Shown: piece after piece, positions 57,401-64,000 of the stretch | Numbering within the stretch: the first letter of the stretch is position 1 | Layout of the letters: the number at the start of each line of letters is the position of its first letter | Assembly (NCBI RefSeq): GCF_009914755.1 | Contig: NC_060948.1 | Origin: the human T2T-CHM13v2.0 reference genome, Homo sapiens | Reading direction: 5' to 3' (one strand) | DNA: 64,000 bases | Notes under the pieces: model-generated | Database searches by the model: none | Seen by the model: only the letters and a program-made list of their open reading frames with translations | Told to the model about the DNA's origin: nothing | Made by a program: the position numbers and the translations under genes

Positions 57401-60400
57401 CTCGATCAGAGTGGAATGGAAAGTGTTGAGATAGAATGGAATGGACTCCTTTGGAATGGTGTAGTATGCAATGCAATCGACTGGCAGGGAATCAAAAGGA
57501 ATGTAATCGAATGGATTGGACTGGAATGCAATGGACTCGAATAGATTGGAAACGGAATGCAAAGGAATGGAATGGAATAGTATGGAATGGAATGGAAAGG
57601 AATGGAGTGGAATAGACTAGAGTGGAATGGAATGGACTGGAAAGCAATGGACTGGAATGGAACTTTCTTGAATGGACTGGAATCAAACGGAATGGAATGC
57701 AATGCAATCAAATGGCATGGAATAAAATAGAATGAAAGAGAATCAAATGGAATTGAATCGAATGGAATCGAATGGATTGGAAAGGAATAGAATGGAATGG
57801 AATGGAATTGACTCAAATGGAATGGACTAGAATGGAATGGATTCGAATGGAAGGCAAAGGAATGGAATCTATTGGAATGGACTGTAATGGAATGGAATGG
57901 AAGGGATTGGAATGGGCTCGAATGGAATGGACTGCAATAGAAAGGATTCCAATGGAATGAAAAAGAATTGAATGGAATAGAACAGAATGGAATCAAATCG
58001 AATGAAATGGAATGGAATAGAAAGGAATGGAATGAAATGGAATGGAAAGGATTCGAATGGAATGCAATCGAATGGAATGGAATCGAACGGAATGGAATAA
58101 AATGGAAGAAAACTGGCAAGAAATGGAATCGAAATGAATGGAGTGTTATGGAACGGAGTCAAAAGGAATTGAATGTAATAGAATGGAGTGGAGTGGACTC
58201 GAATATAATGGACTGGAATGGAATGAAATCACATGGAATGGGAACGAATGGAATGGAATGGAAAGGAATGGAATCGAATGGAAAGGAATCGAATGGAAGG
58301 GAATGAAATTAAATCAACAGGAATGGAAGGGAATAGAATAGACGGTAATGGAATGGACTCGAATAGAATGGACAGGAATGCTCAAATTGAATGGACTCGA
58401 ATGGAATGGAAACGAAATGAATGTCATCGAATGGAATTGAATCGATTGGAATGAAATCATATAGAATGGAGTGGAATCAAATGGAATTGAATCGAAAGGA
58501 AAGGAAACAAATGGACTGAAATGAAATGGAATGGAATTGAATGGAAAGTTATGTAATGGAATAGAATGGAACGAAATTTCACGGAATGGATTCAAACTGA
58601 ATGGAATCAAATCAATGGAATCAAATCAAATGGAATGGAAAGGAATTGAATGGAGTAGATTGGATTGGATGGGATTGGAATGAAATGTACTGGAAAGGAC
58701 TCGAATTTCATGAAACGGAATGGAATGAATTGGAACGGAACGGAATCGAATGGAATGGAATGTCATGGAATGGCATCAAATGGAATGGCATCAAATGGAA
58801 TGGAATCGAATGCAATGGAATGCTATGGAATGGAATGGAATGCATTGGAATGGAATGTCCTCTAATGGAATGGATTCGAGTGGAATGGAATCGAATATAA
58901 TGGAGTCGAATGAAATGGAATTGAAAGGAATGGGATCGAATACAATGGAATATACTGGAATGTAATGTAATGAACTCGAATGTAATTGACTGGAATGGAA
59001 TGTACATGAATGGAATGTAATCGAATGGAAAGTAATCCAATGGAATAGAATCTAATGCAATAAAATCGACTCAGATAGAGTAGAATGTAATGGAATGGAG
59101 TGCAGTGCAATGGAATGGAATGGAATGCAATGGAATGGAATGGAATGGAATGGAATGGAATGGAATGGAATGGTGTGGAATGGATAGTAATGGACTGGAG
59201 TGAAATGGACTGGAAAGGAATGGACTCAAATTGAAAGGGCTCGAAAGGAATGGAGTCAAATGGAATGGTCTGGAATGGAATGAACACGAATGTAATGCAA
59301 TCCAATAGAATGGAATCGAATGGCATGGAATATAAAGAAATGGAATCGAAGAGAATGGAAACAAATGGAATGGAATTGAGTGGAATCGAATTGAATGGAA
59401 TGGGAACGAATGGAGTGAAATTGTATGCAGTAGAAGAGAATAGAATGGAATGCAAGCGAAAGGAAAGGAATGGATTGGAATGGAATGGAATTCATTGGAA
59501 TGGAAGGGAATGTAGTGTAATGGACAGGCCTGGAATAAAGTGGAATGCTACGGTCTCGAATGGAATAAAAATGTATGGAATGGAATGCAATGAAACGGAA
59601 TCGAATGTCATAGAATGTAATGGAATGCAAAAAAATGGAATCCAAAATCATTGACTGGAAAGGCTGGGTGTCGAAAGGAATTGACTCCAATGGAATGGAA
59701 TCGAATGGAATGGAAGTGAATAGAATCGAACTAAATCGAATGGAATGGAATTGATAGGAACGGAATGGAAAGGAATGCAATGATTTGGCATGGAATGGAA
59801 TCGAATGGCATCGAATGGAATGGAATGGAATGCAATGGAATGGAATGTATTAGAATGTAATGAACTTTAATGGAATGTACTCGAATGGATTCGACTGGAA
59901 TGGAATGTTCTGGAAGTGAATGGACTCCAATGGAATGGATTCCAAAGGAATGGAATCGTACGGAATGGAATCTAATGGAATGGAATTAAATGGAAATGAA
60001 TCAAATTGAATAGCACGGAATTGAATTGAATGAAATGGAATGCAATGGAATCTAATGAAACGGAAAGGAAAGGAATGGAATGGAATGGAATGGGCTGGAA
60101 TGGAAAGGAATCGAAACGAATGGAATGGAATCGAACTGAAGAGACTGGAATGGAATGCACTGGAATGGAAGGGAGTGTAATGGAAGGTTCTCGAAAAAAA
60201 TGGAATCGAATGGAATGGAATTGAATGGAACGGAATAGAGTCGAATGAAATTGAATGGAATGGAATGGACTAGAGTGAAATGGAATCGAACCACAAGGAA
60301 TGGACAGGAATAGAATGGTCTCGAATTGAATGGAATCGTATGGAATGGCATCAAACGGAATGGAATGGACAGCCACGGAATGGAATGCACTCGAATGCAA

Positions 60401-63400
60401 TGGAGTCGAAACTAATGGACTGGAATAGAATGGACTCGACTGGTACGGACTCCAATGGAATGGAATCGAATGGAAGGGAATCGAACGGAATGGACTCGAA
60501 GGGAAAAGACTGCAATGGAAAGGTCTCGAATGGAATGGAAATTAATGGAATGGAATGGAATCGAATGAAATGGAGTCAAAAGGAATGGAATCGAATGGCA
60601 AGAAATCGAATGTAATGGAATCGCAAGGAATTGATGTGAACGGAACGGAATGGAATGGAATCCAAAGGAATGGAATAGAATGGAATGGAATCGAATGGAA
60701 AGGACTCGAATGGAAATCACTCGAATAGAATGCAATTTATTAAAATAGGATCAAATGGAATGGAATGGAATGGAAAGGAATCGAAACGAAAGGAATGGAG
60801 ACAGATGGAATGGAATGGAACAGAGAGCAATGCTATAGAATGGAATGGAATCATCTGGAATGGAATTGAATGGAATGGAATAATATGAAATGGAATGGAA
60901 TGGAATGGAATGGAATGCCCTTGAATTAAATGGACTGGAATGGAATGGACTCCAACAGAGTGGAATGGAAAGTGTTGAGATAGAATGGAATGGACTCCTT
61001 TGGAATGGTCTAGTATGCAATGCAATAGACTGGCAGGGAATCAAAAGGAATGTAATCGAATGGATTGGACTGGAATGCAATGGACTCGAATAGATTGGAA
61101 ACGGAATGCAAAGGAATGGAATGGAATAGTATGGAATGGAATGGAAAGGAATGGAGTGGAATAGACTAGAGTGGAATGGAATGGACTGGAAAGCAATGGA
61201 CTGGAATGGAACTTTCTTGAATGGACTGGAATCAAACGGAATGGAATGCAATGCAATCAAATGGCATGGAATAAAATAGAATGAAAGAGAATCAAATGGA
61301 ATTGAATCGAATGGAATCGAATGGATTGGAAAGGAATAGAATGGAATGGAATGGAATTGACTCAAATGGAATGGACTAGAATGGAATGGATTCGAATGGA
61401 AGGCAAAGGAATGGAATCTATTGGAATGGACTGTAATGGAATGGAATGGAAGGGATTGGAATGGACTCGAATGGAATGGACTGCAATAGAAAGGATTCCA
61501 ATGGAATGAAAAAGAATTGAATGGAATAGAACAGAATGGAATCAAATCGAATGAAATGGAATGGAATAGAAAGGAATGGAATGAAATGGAATGGAAAGGA
61601 TTCGAATGGAATGCAATCGAATGGAATGGAATCGAACGGAATGGAATAAAATGGAAGAAAACTGGCAAGAAATGGAATCGAAATGAATGGAGTATTATGG
61701 AACGGACTCAAAAGGAATTGAATGTAATAGAATGGAGTGGAGTGGACTCGAATATAATGGACTGGAATGGAATGAAATCACATGGAATGGGAACGAATGG
61801 AATGGAATGGAAAGGAATGGAATCGAATGGAAAGGAATCGAATGGAAGGGAATGAAATTGAATCAACAGGAATGGAAGGGAATAGAATAGACGGTAATGG
61901 AATGGACTCGAATAGAATGGACACGAATGCTCAAATTGAATGGACTCGAATGGAATGGAAACGAAAGGAATGTCATCGAATGGAATTGAATCGATTGGAA
62001 TGAAATCGCATAGAATGGAGTGGAATCAAATGGAATTGAATCGAAAGGAAAGGAAGCGAATGGACTGAAATGAAATGGAATGGAATTGAATGGAAAGTAA
62101 TGCAATGGAATAGAATGGAACGAAATTTCACGGAATGGAATCAAACTGAATGGAATCAAATCAATGGAATCTAATCAAATGGAATGGAAAGGAATTGAAT
62201 GGAGTAGATTGGATTGGATGGGATTGGAATGAAATCTACTGGAAAGGACTCGAATTTCATGAAACGGAATGGAATGAATTGGAACGGAATGGACTCGAAT
62301 GGAATGGAATGTCATGGAATGGCATCAAATGGAATGGCATCAAATGGAATGGAATCGAATGCAATGGAATGTTATGGAATGGAATGGAATGCATTGGAAT
62401 GGAATGTCCTCTAATGGAATGGATTCGAGTGGAATGGAATCGAATATAATGGAGTCGAATGAAATGGAATTGAAAGGAATGGGATCGAATAGAATGGAAT
62501 ATACTGGAATGTAATGTAATGAACTCGAATGTAATTGACTGGAATGGAATGTACATGAATGGAAGGTAATCGAATGGAAAGTAATCCAATGGAATAGAAT
62601 CTAATGCAATAAAACCGACTCAGATAGAGTAGAATGTAATGGAATGGAGTGCAGTGCAATGGAATGGAATGGAATTGAATGCAAAGGAATGGAATGGAAT
62701 GGAATGGAATGGAATGGAATGGAATGGAATGGAATGGGATGGAATGGTATGGAATGGATAGAAATGGACTGGAGTGAAATGGACTGGAAAGGAATGGACT
62801 CAAATTGAAAGGGCTCGAAAGGAATGGAGTCAAATGGAATGGTCTGGAATGGAATGAACACGAATGTAATGCAATCCAATAGAATGGAATCGAATGGCAT
62901 GGAATATAAAGAAATGGATACGAAGAGAATGGAAACAAATGGAATGGAATTGAATGGAATGGAATTGAATGGAATGGGAACGAATGGAGTGAAATTGTAT
63001 GCAGTAGAAGGGAATAGAATGGAATGCAAGCGAAAGGAAAGGAATGGATTGGAATGGAATGGAATTCATTGGAATGGAAGGGAATGTAGTGTAATGGACA
63101 GGCCTGGAATAAAGTGGAATGCTACGGTCTCGAATGGAATAAAAATGTATGGAATGGAATGCAATGAAACGGAATCGAATGTCATAGAATGTAATGGAAT
63201 GCAACAAAATGGAATCCAAAATCATTGACTGGAAAGGCTGGGTGTCGAAAGGAATTGACTCCAATGGAATGGAATCGAATGGAATGGAAGTGAATAGAAT
63301 CGAACTAAATCGAATGGAATGGAATTGATAGGAACGGAATGGAAAGGAATGCAATGATTTGGCATGGAATGGAATCGAATGGCATCGAATGGAATGGAAT

Positions 63401-64000
63401 GGAATGCAATGGAATGGAATGTATTAGAATGTAATGAACTTTAATGGAATGTACTCGAATGGATTCGACTGGAATGGAATGTTCTGGAAGTGAATGGACT
63501 CCAATGGAATGGATTCAAAAGGAATGGAATCGTACGGAATGGAATCTAATGGAATGGAATTAAATGGAAATGAATCAAATTGAATAGCACGGAATTGAAT
63601 TGAATGGAATGGAATGCAATGGAATCTAATGAAACGGAAAGGAAAGGAATGGAATGGAATGGAATGGGCTGGAATGGAAAGGAATCGAAACGAATGGAAT
63701 GGAATCGAACTGAAGAGACTGGAATGGAATGCACTGGAATGGAAGGGAGTGTAATGGAAGGTTCTCGAAAAAAATGGAATCGAATGGAATGGAATTGAAT
63801 GGAACGGAATAGAGTCGAATGGAATTGAATGGAATGGAATGGACTAGAGTGAAATGGAATCAAACCACAAGGAATGGAGAGGAATAGAATGGTCTCGAAT
63901 TGAATGGAATCATATGGAATGGCATCAAACGGAATGGAATGGACAGCCACGGAATGGAATGCACTCGAATGCAATGGAGTCGAAACTAATGGACTGGAAT

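Larger units (their letters stand above)
2489..63061 (+). repeat. DYZ1: 17 complete tandem ~3.56 kb units (plus partial units at both ends), consistent with the Yq12 DYZ1 repeat
   Basis: The landmark GAATTCATTGG recurs at 2489, 6062, 9630, 13199, 16753, 20317, 23875, 27432, 30989, 34561, 38120, 41683, 45252, 48826, 52380, 55939, 59488 and 63062. The spacings are 3573, 3568, 3569, 3554, 3564, 3558, 3557, 3557, 3572, 3559, 3563, 3569, 3574, 3554, 3559, 3549 and 3574. ORF-track peptides recur with the same period. The classical DYZ1 unit is a 3564-bp pentameric EcoRI/HaeIII fragment. The Y assignment comes from recalled knowledge, not a database search. Confidence 0.93.
1..64000 (+). repeat. Human satellite III (HSat3) array: degenerate (GGAAT)n pentamers, purine-rich strand on +
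   Basis: The sequence parses throughout into GGAAT and close variants (CGAAT, TGAAT, AGAAT, GGACT, GCAAT, GTAAT, CAAAT, GGAAA). I saw no unique sequence and no strand switch, and the array runs off both ends of the window. Confidence 0.99.

Noticed and set aside
1-64000. Hundreds of ORFs (MEWNG-rich on +, FHSIP-rich on -), up to ~318 aa
   Set aside because: They are the direct translation of (GGAAT)n and (ATTCC)n. They overlap in all frames, are opened and closed at random by 1-, 4- and 5-bp indels, and show no domain or codon structure.
1-64000. CRISPR-like or other repeat-spacer array
   Set aside because: There are no unique spacers. The variable segments are themselves degenerate pentamers repeated every 3.56 kb, and there are no associated genes.
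1-64000. DYZ2/HSat1B blocks, Alu or L1 insertions, alpha satellite, telomeric repeats, large inversions
   Set aside because: All landmark spacings are 3549-3574 bp, which leaves no room for insertions. I saw no AT-only tracts, poly(A) tails, TTAGGG runs or CATTC-strand segments.
1-64000. Assignment to HSat2
   Set aside because: The sequence keeps a strict pentamer register with long pure GGAAT runs. It lacks the recurring ~23-26 bp unit with GAATCATCATCGAATG-type motifs typical of HSat2.
1-64000. Frequent TCGA/CpG as a CpG island or palindromic signal
   Set aside because: These come from the common CGAAT variant following T. GC content is low and the CpGs are dispersed, which is ordinary for HSat3.

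Overview
The whole 64 kb window is one uninterrupted, single-orientation satellite array of degenerate (GGAAT)n/(ATTCC)n pentamers, i.e. human satellite III. It is organised as about 18 head-to-tail copies of a ~3.56 kb unit (EcoRI-to-EcoRI lengths 3549-3574 bp, mean ~3563). The unit size, the usual single EcoRI and single HaeIII site, and four fixed pentamer-register breaks match DYZ1 of human Yq12 heterochromatin. I see no credible genes, RNA genes, transposons or CRISPR; all ORFs are translation artefacts of the pentamer. I cannot support a novel protein-coding system. The informative structure lies in the variants. (1) Each unit has three in-register inverted pentamers that create perfect heat-shock elements. 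(2) Shared variants record a nested amplification history: a multi-unit block present three times, a very recent 3557-bp triplication at the junction, and patchwork sharing between distant copies. (3) Indels are concentrated in slippage hotspots, and one copy is unusually divergent. Copy numbering uses approximate starts c1=1, c2=3564, c3=7137, c4=10706, c5=14275, c6=17829, c7=21393, c8=24950, c9=28507, c10=32064, c11=35637, c12=39196, c13=42759, c14=46328, c15=49902, c16=53456, c17=57015, c18=60564. All comparisons were made by eye and need confirming by alignment.
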